This document shows, piece by piece, positions 1 to 9,130 of a stretch of DNA of 64,000 bases. Position 1 is the first letter of the stretch, and each line of letters begins with the position of its first letter. The translations under genes and the position numbers were made by a program. The stretch is from positions 16,739 through 80,738 of the forward strand of contig CAZTBH010000007.1 of NCBI GenBank assembly GCA_964611845.1. Direction: 5' to 3'. The notes beneath the pieces are model-generated. The model was given only the letters and a program-made list of their open reading frames with translations, was not told the DNA's origin and did no database searches. This DNA is from an uncultured Neisseria sp. Lineage in GTDB: Bacteria; Pseudomonadota; Gammaproteobacteria; Burkholderiales; UBA11063.

Positions 1-1463
1 TACGTACTATTGAGCAGGAAGCAGCTAATTTGGGAATTAATTTAATTGAGCGAGCAGGACTTTCAATTGCAAAATTAGTGGGTTCTCAGTTTAGCAAAAA
101 AGACCGTATTTTAGTTGTCGCAGGTCGTGGAAATAATGGTAGTGATGGAATGGCTGCAGCCATTAATCTGATTGAAGCTGGTTATAAAGTTGATCTGGTT
201 CGCTTATTTAAAGATAATACTGCGGTTAATCAACAGTGGTATGAGCGTTGTATTGTACTTAAAAAGCCATTAACTAGAATGCCTAGTGATTTAACTAAAT
301 ATCAATTAATTATTGATGCTATTTATGGGATTGGTCTTACCCATGAATTAGATGTAGAGACCGCTAAAATTGTTCAAAAAATTAATCAGCAGTCTTCTTT
401 TGTGTTAAGTTTAGATGCGCCAAGTGGCTTAAATCCCTTTAGTGGTAAGGTATTTGGTGAAGCGATTCATGCGGATTGCACACTGACTTTTATCAGTGAT
501 AAACCTGGGTTACATACTGGAGATGGTTTAGATTGTAGCGGTGAAGTTCAAGTGGTAGAGTTGGTTGATATTTCCGAATATACATTACCTGATGCATTAT
601 ATCCCACTAACTTTAATGCTTTGGACGATATTAACTATGGTTCACTATTGCGTATGAAATTTAATACTAACAAAGGTAGTTATGGTACGGTTGCCATCAT
701 TGGTGGTAATAAAGGAATGCATGGTGCACTATTCTTGGCTGGTCGGGCTGCTTTGTTGGCTGGGGCAGGCAAAGTTGTGCTTGGTGCATTGGATAATGAT
801 TTTAAATTAGATTTCTCAATGCCTGAACTAATGAGCCAGTCGCCCAAAGAAATTGTTCGTAATCTACAGGCTTTTGATGCAATTGCAATTGGTCCTGGAC
901 TTGGGCAAGATGAAAGAGCAGTCAAAATTCTGGATAAATTATTGGATGATATTGAAGATAGTAAATTATTGGTTGATGCCGATGCGTTGAATTTAATAGC
1001 TAATAATCTTGAGTTAAAATTGAAATTCCGTGAAGTACGTTATAAAATTATTACCCCGCACCCAGGGGAGGCTGCACGAATTCTTGGGGTTACGGTAAAT
1101 GAAGTTCAAGAAGATCGTTTTATGTCAATTACGGATATTTCGACTAAACTTAATGCTGTGACAATTTTAAAAGGTGCTGGCAGCCTTATTCAGTCCAATA
1201 ATCAAATTTTTGTAAATACGACAGGTAATCCTGGCTTAGCTAATGCTGGACAAGGCGATACACTGACTGGTTTAATTGCTGCGTTTCTTGCACAAGGAAT
1301 GGAAATGTTGGATGCAACACGTTTAGGAGTTTTTGTCCATGGTTTAGCAGCGGATCGTTTGGTGATTCAAAAGCGTGGTTACAATGGTATTTTGGCAAGT
1401 CTTGTGGCTGAAGAAGCTAGCTGTGTAATCAATGAAATGGTATATGGTAAATTATTTCAATAG
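1..1463 (+). CDS. nnr: Bifunctional NAD(P)H-hydrate epimerase/dehydratase (5' end lies outside the window)
   Basis: YjeF_N motifs GRGNNGSDG, DAIYGIG, LDAPSG; C-terminal carbohydrate-kinase motifs GPGLG, DADAL, TPHPGEA, AGQGDTL. The frame is open back to the window start (RTIEQEAANL). Confidence 0.93.
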   Translation, partial: RTIEQEAANLGINLIERAGLSIAKLVGSQFSKKDRILVVAGRGNNGSDGMAAAINLIEAGYKVDLVRLFKDNTAVNQQWYERCIVLKKPLTRMPSDLTKYQLIIDAIYGIGLTHELDVETAKIVQKINQQSSFVLSLDAPSGLNPFSGKVFGEAIHADCTLTFISDKPGLHTGDGLDCSGEVQVVELVDISEYTLPDALYPTNFNALDDINYGSLLRMKFNTNKGSYGTVAIIGGNKGMHGALFLAGRAALLAGAGKVVLGALDNDFKLDFSMPELMSQSPKEIVRNLQAFDAIAIGPGLGQDERAVKILDKLLDDIEDSKLLVDADALNLIANNLELKLKFREVRYKIITPHPGEAARILGVTVNEVQEDRFMSITDISTKLNAVTILKGAGSLIQSNNQIFVNTTGNPGLANAGQGDTLTGLIAAFLAQGMEMLDATRLGVFVHGLAADRLVIQKRGYNGILASLVAEEASCVINEMVYGKLFQ

Positions 1464-1485
1464 TTTTTTATGTTTCCAATAAATT

Positions 1486-1515
1486 AAAAAACCGCTGGAT
1501 AACCAGCGGTTTTTT
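1486..1515. terminator. Bidirectional intrinsic terminator
   Basis: aaaaaaccgctgg-ataa-ccagcggtttttt between convergent genes. Confidence 0.85.
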
Positions 1516-1527
1516 AATAGCCTTAGC

Positions 1528-2241
1528 TTAGAATAAGTAACCAACTTTAACATAAACTGTTGAGTTACCATCAGACATACCACCAGTACCAGTATTTGGT
1601 TGGTTATTAAATGATTGATCATATTTATAACCAGCAGCAACCAAGATAGTTCTAGCGATATCATACTGAACTTCAGGGTTGATTGTATAACGGAAATCTG
1701 AAACCCAACCTTGTTGTGTTTGACCAGACCAAGCAGGATTTGTTCCATTAGATACTGCGCCCAAATCGTTTAAAGGACCTTCACCAGACTGAGTTGCATC
1801 ATAAGCAGTCATGTCAATCGAGAATTTCAAATTATCTAACAGACGATATTCTGGTTTAACACCTAGACCATAGTATTGGTTTAAGTTAGTCATAGTTGTA
1901 CCATATGTATAAGTAACATAAGGGATAACTTGGAAGCCATTAGAAGCATCACCAAAGAATTGGAATGCATAACCAGCCTTACCAGTAATTAACGCTTGAG
2001 CATAGTTAGAGCCTAGATAGGCTGAGTTGTATACAGAGTCATTGGCTTCAAGGTTTACCCAGATGTTGTTTTTAGTTTGTAAAGTAGAACCTAGCGTCCA
2101 TGAATTACTAGTTCCGCCTTGACCTTCATTAATTGAAGTATTGTTGTAACCAGCATAAACGTTATTATTGAAATCTTGGAAAGTATCTGCCATTGCTACG
2201 ATTGAAGAACTAGCTAAAACTACTGCAAGAATTTTTTTCAT
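1528..2241 (-). CDS. Outer-membrane beta-barrel protein, family unassigned
   Basis: Signal peptide (..AMA-D), alternating Tyr/Gly-rich beta strands, C-terminal VKVGYLF Bam signal. Confidence 0.8.
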   Translation of the reverse strand: MKKILAVVLASSSIVAMADTFQDFNNNVYAGYNNTSINEGQGGTSNSWTLGSTLQTKNNIWVNLEANDSVYNSAYLGSNYAQALITGKAGYAFQFFGDASNGFQVIPYVTYTYGTTMTNLNQYYGLGVKPEYRLLDNLKFSIDMTAYDATQSGEGPLNDLGAVSNGTNPAWSGQTQQGWVSDFRYTINPEVQYDIARTILVAAGYKYDQSFNNQPNTGTGGMSDGNSTVYVKVGYLF

Positions 2242-2340
2242 TATAAAGCCCTTTTTTGTTAAAATTATTTACATTGTCTAATTAGCACGATCTTGTTTCA
2301 GGTCTCTCTAAATGAAAACAAGACCACTCTATAAGTAGGG

Positions 2341-2370
2341 ATTGTAATACATAACATATGAAATAGTCAA
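2341..2370 (-). promoter_or_regulatory. Sigma70-like promoter for the OMP gene
   Basis: TTGACT-18 nt-TACAAT on the minus strand, about 100 nt upstream of the ATG. Confidence 0.55.
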
Positions 2371-2431
2371 GTAATCAACTTAATTTAAATGTGGTTATGT
2401 TGTAAAGTGCAACATTTGCGAATATAACATG

Positions 2432-2458
2432 AAAAACAGCGTCAAAAATTTGACGCTG
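2432..2458 (-). terminator. Intrinsic terminator downstream of the aminotransferase
   Basis: cagcgtcaaa/tttgacgctg hairpin followed by T5 on the minus strand. Confidence 0.75.
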
Positions 2459-2482
2459 ATGGTTAATGTGTGATATGGATTT

Positions 2483-3871
2483 TTATAGTTGTTGGAGATA
2501 TTTTTTATGAAATACCCTCAGTTGCTCGACTAATTGAATAATTTGTTCGCGTGGTGGCAAAAATGTGGTGCGGAAGTGAAGCGTATTGGGAAATTGTCCA
2601 AATCCAGATCCCGGCACAACACATATTCCCGTATCTTCGAGTAAAGCCATGCAATATTTTTCGTCAATTGCTGATTCTGCATTTCGATTAATATGTGCTG
2701 CAGGTAACTCAATCTTGACAAAAGCATACATTGCCCCTTCGGGAATATTAACACTTAGACCATCAATATTATTTAGTTCGCTACCAATAATTTGTGCTTT
2801 TTCTTTCAAATCATTTAAGATAAAAGTTTTTTCTTCAAGGTATAAGTCGTAGCTAGCATCACCCGGCTCAGGTGGTGAAACCATGAGGTAGCATGCAATT
2901 TGCCCAGCTAAATTAGCGCAGAGGTTAATTGACTGAAGTTTTACAAATTGAGCAAATACATCGTCAGGCACATTGCGTACTTCGAGGTATCCCGAGCGAT
3001 GCCCGCATTCACCGTAATAACCTTTAGACATCGAGTGAAAGCTAAATAATGTTACATCAGTTACTTGCATTTCATGCATAACTTTGGCAAAGGAGTGAAA
3101 CTTGGCTGTTTTACTATAGATATTTTCCTGATATACCTCATCCGCTAAAATTGATAAATTATGTTTACGGGCAAAATTGATAATCATTTTGATATTATCA
3201 TATGACAGAACTGCACCAGTTGGATTACCTGGGTTAATTACTGTAATTGCAACAGGGTTAAGTTTGTTCATTTTAGCAGTATTATAGCTATCCAGCAAGC
3301 TTTCTTCGTTGAGCTGCCAGTGGTTTGCTTCATCCAAGTAATAACCAATACTTTGTCCACCAACCAAAGTTAGAGTTGCGCTGTACATTGGGTATTGTGG
3401 TACTGGCAACATTAAGCCATCAGTTGGATTTTTAATAATTGCAGTAATAACGGATTGTGCTGCCTTACTTGCTCCATCAGTTAAGATAATCCGATCAGAA
3501 TCTGCAGGGATATTATCCCGTTTACGAATAAACTCAGCAACAGCCACCCGTGCAAACTCAACACCAGCACTGGCAGAGTAAGCTCCAACTCCTTCAGGGA
3601 GTGCTTTAAGAATTGATTTAGCTCGTTCGATTGAATCAGAGTGAAACAGTGTAGTAATATCTTGTTTCAGTAAGTTTGGAAATTCTAGCAAACTTAAAAC
3701 CTCACGAACATAAGTCATTGGTTTTTGCGCAAAAGCATGTGGGTTACCAATATTACAGTAGGTGATTTTTTTACCTTGCTTTTCAAGTTCTTGTGCACGG
3801 ATTACGATGCGCCCACGCACCGCATAGTCAGCATCAATGAGGCGCTGACTTAAGTTGATGTAATTTAACAT
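2483..3871 (-). CDS. PLP-dependent alanine aminotransferase, eukaryote (GPT/plant AlaAT)-like
   Basis: YAVRG, CNIGNP, INPGNPTG, LADEVYQ, FHSMSKGYYGECG, VVPGSGFGQ. The likely start is ATG 3871, because the longer ORF overlaps nadC. Confidence 0.88.
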   Translation of the reverse strand: MLNYINLSQRLIDADYAVRGRIVIRAQELEKQGKKITYCNIGNPHAFAQKPMTYVREVLSLLEFPNLLKQDITTLFHSDSIERAKSILKALPEGVGAYSASAGVEFARVAVAEFIRKRDNIPADSDRIILTDGASKAAQSVITAIIKNPTDGLMLPVPQYPMYSATLTLVGGQSIGYYLDEANHWQLNEESLLDSYNTAKMNKLNPVAITVINPGNPTGAVLSYDNIKMIINFARKHNLSILADEVYQENIYSKTAKFHSFAKVMHEMQVTDVTLFSFHSMSKGYYGECGHRSGYLEVRNVPDDVFAQFVKLQSINLCANLAGQIACYLMVSPPEPGDASYDLYLEEKTFILNDLKEKAQIIGSELNNIDGLSVNIPEGAMYAFVKIELPAAHINRNAESAIDEKYCMALLEDTGICVVPGSGFGQFPNTLHFRTTFLPPREQIIQLVEQLRVFHKKYLQQL

Positions 3872-3896
3872 AATTTGTAAACAGTATAAAAAGTGG

Positions 3897-4751
3897 TTAA
3901 ATAAAACGCATTGATAAATCAATTGCCTGAATATTTTTGGTAAGTGCTCCGATAGAAATTCGATGAATTCCACTTTGTGCATAAGCATGGATATTATCCA
4001 AACTTACATTTCCGGAAATCTCAAGCTCAATTTGGTAAGACTTACAGTAATCTACGCACTGCGAAATTTCTGCCATAGTCATATTATCCAACAATAATAA
4101 ACTAGCACCAGCAGCTATGGCTTCTTTTAATTCTGCGAAACTCTCAACTTCGATTTGAATAGGAATTTGCTCTGGTGTTTGTTTAAGTGCATATTGTAAA
4201 ACCTGAGTGATTCCACCATGAGCTATAATATGGTTTTCTTTGATTAAGACACCGTCAAAAAGACCAATTCGTTGATTAGTACCGCCACCAACTGTTACCG
4301 CATATTTTTGTGCTAAGCGTAGTCCTGGTATAGTTTTTCGTGTATCCATAATTTTTACATCGGGATTCGCCGCTTTTGTCACAAATTTATGCGTGACAGT
4401 AGCGGTAGCTGAGAGCGTCTGCAAAAAATTCAATGCGGTACGTTCCGCGGTTAACATCGCACCTGAGTTGCCAGATATTTTAACTAATTGTGTCCCTGCA
4501 ACAATATGTTGACCTTCTTCGACAAACCATTCAAATTGACAGTCTTCATCACACAATAAGAAAGAATACTCAACCCAACGCACGCCACAGACAATCATTT
4601 CTTGATTTGTCGTAATTATTGCGGTCGATAGCTTATCTTCAGGAATAAGTGATGCTGTCCAGTCAGTACTACACCCTAAATCCTCTTGTAATGAGCGAGA
4701 AACATCCGTTGCAATTTGTAAATTGCTTAGGTGGTAATTAATCAAAGTCAT
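3897..4751 (-). CDS. nadC: Quinolinate phosphoribosyltransferase
   Basis: ERTALNFLQ, DTRKTIPG, LIKENH, LLLDN, ISIGALT. Confidence 0.96.
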   Translation of the reverse strand: MTLINYHLSNLQIATDVSRSLQEDLGCSTDWTASLIPEDKLSTAIITTNQEMIVCGVRWVEYSFLLCDEDCQFEWFVEEGQHIVAGTQLVKISGNSGAMLTAERTALNFLQTLSATATVTHKFVTKAANPDVKIMDTRKTIPGLRLAQKYAVTVGGGTNQRIGLFDGVLIKENHIIAHGGITQVLQYALKQTPEQIPIQIEVESFAELKEAIAAGASLLLLDNMTMAEISQCVDYCKSYQIELEISGNVSLDNIHAYAQSGIHRISIGALTKNIQAIDLSMRFI

Positions 4752-4756
4752 CAGGA

Positions 4757-5563
4757 TTATTTCATAAAATCAGGAATAGCTGGCATATTTGGCGAAACTG
4801 TCAGTACTTCGTAACCATTAGGGGTAACTAAAATAGTATGTTCAAACTGGGCTGAAAGGCTACGATCCTTCGTTAATGCTGTCCAACCATTACTCGAGAA
4901 TCTTACAGTTCGTTTTCCTTGGTTAATCATTGGCTCAATTGTAAAAATCATCCCGGCTTGTAATTGAGGTCCGGTTTTGGCTTTACCATAATGAAGCACT
5001 TGGGGATCTTCATGAAATCCCTCACCAATACCGTGACCACAAAACTCCTGAACCACACTGTATGCATTTTTTTCTGCATGAGTTTGGATAGCATGTCCGA
5101 TGTCACCAAGAAAATTACCCGGTTTAACCTGTTTAATTCCGAGCCACATACATTCATATGTAATTTGTACCAAACGTTTTGCCTGTGGTGTTACTTTATC
5201 GCCGACCATATATGTACGTGAGGTATCACCGTGAACACCGTTTTTGTAAACTGTAATATCTAGATTGACAATATCACCATTTTTCAATGGCTTATCATTC
5301 GGGATTCCATGACAAATTTCTGCATTCACTGAAGTGCAAATTGAATTAGGATAGGCTGGTCCTTTAGGGTTTGGTTGATAATTTAACGGTGATGGATATG
5401 CATCTTGCACATTAACAATATAGTCATGGCAGAGTTTATCAAGCTCAAGCGTTGTAACTCCAGGTTTTACATAAGGCTCAATATAATCAAGAACCTCTGC
5501 TGCTAGTTTACAAGAGGTGCGCATTAGATCAATTTGAGCTTGAGTTTTTATAATAATCGACAT
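4757..5563 (-). CDS. map: Methionine aminopeptidase type I
   Basis: CHGIP, HGDTSRT, FCGHGIG, FTIEPMIN, SAQFEHT. Confidence 0.97.
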   Translation of the reverse strand: MSIIIKTQAQIDLMRTSCKLAAEVLDYIEPYVKPGVTTLELDKLCHDYIVNVQDAYPSPLNYQPNPKGPAYPNSICTSVNAEICHGIPNDKPLKNGDIVNLDITVYKNGVHGDTSRTYMVGDKVTPQAKRLVQITYECMWLGIKQVKPGNFLGDIGHAIQTHAEKNAYSVVQEFCGHGIGEGFHEDPQVLHYGKAKTGPQLQAGMIFTIEPMINQGKRTVRFSSNGWTALTKDRSLSAQFEHTILVTPNGYEVLTVSPNMPAIPDFMK

Positions 5564-5570
5564 ATTTTTC

Positions 5571-6776
5571 CTAATAATCTAGATTCATAGCAAGTTTAAT
5601 TTGTTTTAAATTATCGCTGGCAATATCACGCGCGCGTAAACATCCATCAGTAATAATTCGTTTTACCAGCGTTGGTTCGTCTAAGTATGGGGCGGCATTT
5701 TCAATTAATTCGCCTTGCTGCAAATTAATTGCATCAATTAAGGGTCCTTTGCAATCCAAGCAACCAATTCCTGCAGAAAGGCAACCCAGTTCGACCCAAG
5801 ATTTGACTTCTTCGTTGCTATATATTTGATGTAGCGTCCATACTGGACAAGATTCAGGATTTCCACGGTCAGTTTTTCTAATTCGTGCCGGATCAGTCGT
5901 CATTGAACGAATTTTGCTAGCCACAATTTCTGGTGTATCGCGTAAATTAATGGTGTTGTTTGCCTGATAGTTCATTTGTTGTCCATCTAATCCCAGTATT
6001 TTAACTGATGGACTCGGCATCAATTGCGGCTCATTCAAAAATACTTTGCCTTTATTTTCCAAGAATGCGAATAATCTTTCTCGATCTCCGTGTGACAGAT
6101 TTAATGCATCGTGAAGCATAAAGCGAGCACGTTCCAATGCCTCATCATCACCTTCTTGCTGATACTTTAAGAGTAGGCTTTCATATAATTCAGCTTTTTT
6201 ATGCCCAAGCTTTTTGATCGACTCTTGAGCTTTATGCTCAAAACCATCTTCACGTCCAAAGAGATGGTTAAACCGACGTGCAATTTCACGAGCTAGTTCA
6301 AGATTGGCAATCTGTTCTTCTTGCGCCAACACATGACGGACATTATACATTAATATATCAGCACTTTGCGTTAGCGGTGCACCTAAAAAGCCATATGTAT
6401 TTAAATCAGTATGTTCTAATTCATCAATTACCTCTTTATAGCTTGGTACTCGTTCTAGCCAACTCAACGGAGTAATTGCACCCAGTAAGGCAGTTAATTC
6501 ATATTGTTCTGGGATCTTTGATTGAATAAAAATTGTTGCTTGCGATGGATCTATACCTGCTGCGAGCCAATTGATAACCATATTGTTAACACAATCAGAG
6601 ATTTTCTCGGTTTCATTGAAATTTTGAACTAGACTATGTACATCGGCAACCATAAATAAACAATCGTATTCGTATTGAATTTTTTTCCAATGCTGTAAAG
6701 CACCAAAATAATGTCCAAGATGAAGTGGGCTGTTGGGACGCATTGCTGCGAGTAAGTTTTTGGAGTGTATGTTCAT
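5571..6776 (-). CDS. trpS: Tryptophan-tRNA ligase-like protein with degenerate catalytic motifs
   Basis: Full-length betaproteobacterial TrpRS architecture (HLGH, FIQS, WLERVP, QSADIL, TDPAR, Cys cluster), but KMSKS reads QMNYQ and VPVGEDQ reads VLAQEEQ. Confidence 0.88.
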   Translation of the reverse strand: MNIHSKNLLAAMRPNSPLHLGHYFGALQHWKKIQYEYDCLFMVADVHSLVQNFNETEKISDCVNNMVINWLAAGIDPSQATIFIQSKIPEQYELTALLGAITPLSWLERVPSYKEVIDELEHTDLNTYGFLGAPLTQSADILMYNVRHVLAQEEQIANLELAREIARRFNHLFGREDGFEHKAQESIKKLGHKKAELYESLLLKYQQEGDDEALERARFMLHDALNLSHGDRERLFAFLENKGKVFLNEPQLMPSPSVKILGLDGQQMNYQANNTINLRDTPEIVASKIRSMTTDPARIRKTDRGNPESCPVWTLHQIYSNEEVKSWVELGCLSAGIGCLDCKGPLIDAINLQQGELIENAAPYLDEPTLVKRIITDGCLRARDIASDNLKQIKLAMNLDY

Positions 6777-6782
6777 TTGAGC

Positions 6783-7442
6783 TTAACGTAATAGAGTAAA
6801 TATGCCACCAACTAGTAAACTATAAAGTGGCTGCATAATATAGTTTAATCCACCAAGTAGTAATAACGCAATTAAAATCCACATGCCATAGCGTTCAGTT
6901 TGTGCATATTGCTGTGCTTGTTTTACAGGAAGCAATGAGAATAATATTCGTCCACCATCCAAAGGAAGGATTGGTAATAGGTTCAAAATTAGTAAACTGA
7001 TATTGATACTAATTCCTGCTTGTGCCATTAGACTTAACGGAATTCCAAAGTAACTATCCAGATATAAAGTCCCTTTGAGTAATAATCCCCAAATCAGAGC
7101 CATTGCTAAATTAGACAAGGGTCCGGCTAATGCGATCCAAAGTAAATCTTTTTTAGGACTTTTTAGTTTAGAAAAATTTATTGGTACAGGTTTAGCCCAG
7201 CCAAAAATAAATCCAGCTCCGCCTGACATTGCTCCCAAAACTATACTAATCAAAGGAAATACCACTGTGCCAAATGGATCAACATGATGCATTGGGTTTA
7301 AGGATAAGCGCCCGAGTAATTTTGCGGTATTATCTCCATATTTGTGCGCAACAAATGCATGCGCTGCTTCATGAAGCGTAATGGCGAAAATTAGCGGTAT
7401 GATATATACCGCTACAGTTTGTACTATAGATAAGTTATTCAT
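6783..7442 (-). CDS. Site-2 protease family (M50) membrane metalloprotease
   Basis: HEAAH, GWAKPVP, AGPLSN, NLLPILPLDGG. Confidence 0.95.
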   Translation of the reverse strand: MNNLSIVQTVAVYIIPLIFAITLHEAAHAFVAHKYGDNTAKLLGRLSLNPMHHVDPFGTVVFPLISIVLGAMSGGAGFIFGWAKPVPINFSKLKSPKKDLLWIALAGPLSNLAMALIWGLLLKGTLYLDSYFGIPLSLMAQAGISINISLLILNLLPILPLDGGRILFSLLPVKQAQQYAQTERYGMWILIALLLLGGLNYIMQPLYSLLVGGIFTLLR

Positions 7443-7496
7443 GAATAAATGACACCTCAGTTGAATTTACTATGCCACTAAGAGGATAATTCAAAA

Positions 7497-8870
7497 TCAA
7501 AACTCAACTTTCTTAACATGTTTACTCAAAATATTACGAAATTGATCTTGAATCCGTTTTAAAGCACTATTACTTTCTGCTTCAAAACGTAATACGAGTA
7601 CCGGCGTAGTATTTGATGCGCGCACCAGACCAAATCCATCAATATATTCAACACGCAATCCATCGATAGTAATAATTTCCTTGCTACCTTCAAATTTTGC
7701 GCTTTTTTGTAATTTCTCAATTATGCGATGTTGTTCACCTTCACTACTAACTTCAATATTAATTTCTGGAGTTGATACTGCATTTGGCAATGCATTTAAT
7801 AATTCAGATGGATTATCAACTTGGGCTAAAATTTCTAAAAGTCTTGCACCAGCATAAACGCCGTCATCACTGCCATACCAGCGATCATTAAAGAATATAT
7901 GTCCTGACATTTCACCAGCAAGTAGTGCACCAGTTTCTTTGATCTTAGCTTTGACATAAGAGTGACCTGTACGGCACATAATAGCTTCACCATTTTGCTC
8001 TTTGATCCATTTACCGAGTAACCGAGAAGATTTAACATCATAGATTATTTTGGCGCGTGGATTTCTACTCAATATATCAGCTGCATAAAGCATCATTTGT
8101 CGATCAGGGTAAATTATGTTGCCTTCTTTGGTAACAACGCCTAAACGATCTCCATCGCCATCAAATGCAAGTCCGATTTCGGCATCGGTAGTTTGCAATG
8201 CATTAACCAAATCTTTCAGGTTTTCTGGTTTGGACGGATCTGGGTGGTGATTAGGGAAATTTCCATTTACCTCACAAAATAACCCCAAGACTTTACATCC
8301 CATTCTGCGATAAAGTAATGGAGCGATTTTTCCTGCAACTCCATTTCCTGCATCAATCACTATCGAAAGTCTGCGTTCCAGTTTTATATCGCCCACGATT
8401 TTATTTAAATATGCTTCGCGGATATCTTCACGGTAATGTATTCCTGAACCTGTTGTAATCTCTTTTTTTTCTGCACGTATTTTGATTTGTTGGATTTTAT
8501 CACCAGAGAGAGTTTCACCTGCCATTACCATTTTTAGACCATTATATTCTGGTGGATTGTGGCTTCCTGTAATCATTACTCCAGAAAATGTTTTTAGTTC
8601 ATAATTGGCAAAATATACCATTGGCGTAGTGACTTCACCTACTTCATAAACATTGCACCCAGACTTTAGGATTCCTCGAATTAGGCTCTCAGCCAAGGTT
8701 GGACTGGTAAGTCGTCCATCATATCCAACTACTAACCCTTTAACCTGCTTTTCAACAGCAATTGATCCCAAGACCTGCCCGATTACTTCAACTGTTGCAG
8801 GAGTCAATTGTGTTGCAACAATTCCACGAATGTCATAAGCTTTAAAAATTTCGGCTGCAATTTTTTTCAT
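7497..8870 (-). CDS. pgm: Phosphomannomutase/phosphoglucomutase (AlgC type)
   Basis: FKAYDIRG, TGSHNP, FDGDGDR, GEMSGH, VRASNT. Confidence 0.93.
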   Translation of the reverse strand: MKKIAAEIFKAYDIRGIVATQLTPATVEVIGQVLGSIAVEKQVKGLVVGYDGRLTSPTLAESLIRGILKSGCNVYEVGEVTTPMVYFANYELKTFSGVMITGSHNPPEYNGLKMVMAGETLSGDKIQQIKIRAEKKEITTGSGIHYREDIREAYLNKIVGDIKLERRLSIVIDAGNGVAGKIAPLLYRRMGCKVLGLFCEVNGNFPNHHPDPSKPENLKDLVNALQTTDAEIGLAFDGDGDRLGVVTKEGNIIYPDRQMMLYAADILSRNPRAKIIYDVKSSRLLGKWIKEQNGEAIMCRTGHSYVKAKIKETGALLAGEMSGHIFFNDRWYGSDDGVYAGARLLEILAQVDNPSELLNALPNAVSTPEINIEVSSEGEQHRIIEKLQKSAKFEGSKEIITIDGLRVEYIDGFGLVRASNTTPVLVLRFEAESNSALKRIQDQFRNILSKHVKKVEF

Positions 8871-9130
8871 GTGTTTTATTTATATCCTCTAAAGGTGGTA
8901 AATCCTATGATACTGTGCACTTTAGATGCTATAATCATGTGATTAAAAGCTTATTTTAGCACATTTATAAGTTTAAATTTTAGAAAATGTGTCTGGAATC
9001 TGGTTACGCAAGTTTCTAATCTGTGAAAGCTCTGTTAGACGTAGATGTGAAGAATGTGCACCTTTGTTCAATGGTGATTCCGATAAAATATGAAATAAAT
9101 TTTTCTAGCCAAGATTAAGATAGATCCATA

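Noticed and set aside
3872-3988. 39-aa N-terminal extension of the aminotransferase ORF
   Set aside because: It overlaps nadC; family similarity begins only at the ATG at 3871.
8990-9082. Possible structured RNA or riboswitch upstream of yhdP (ggaatc...gattcc closure)
   Set aside because: Only short scattered helices and no recognisable riboswitch consensus; compatible with chance.
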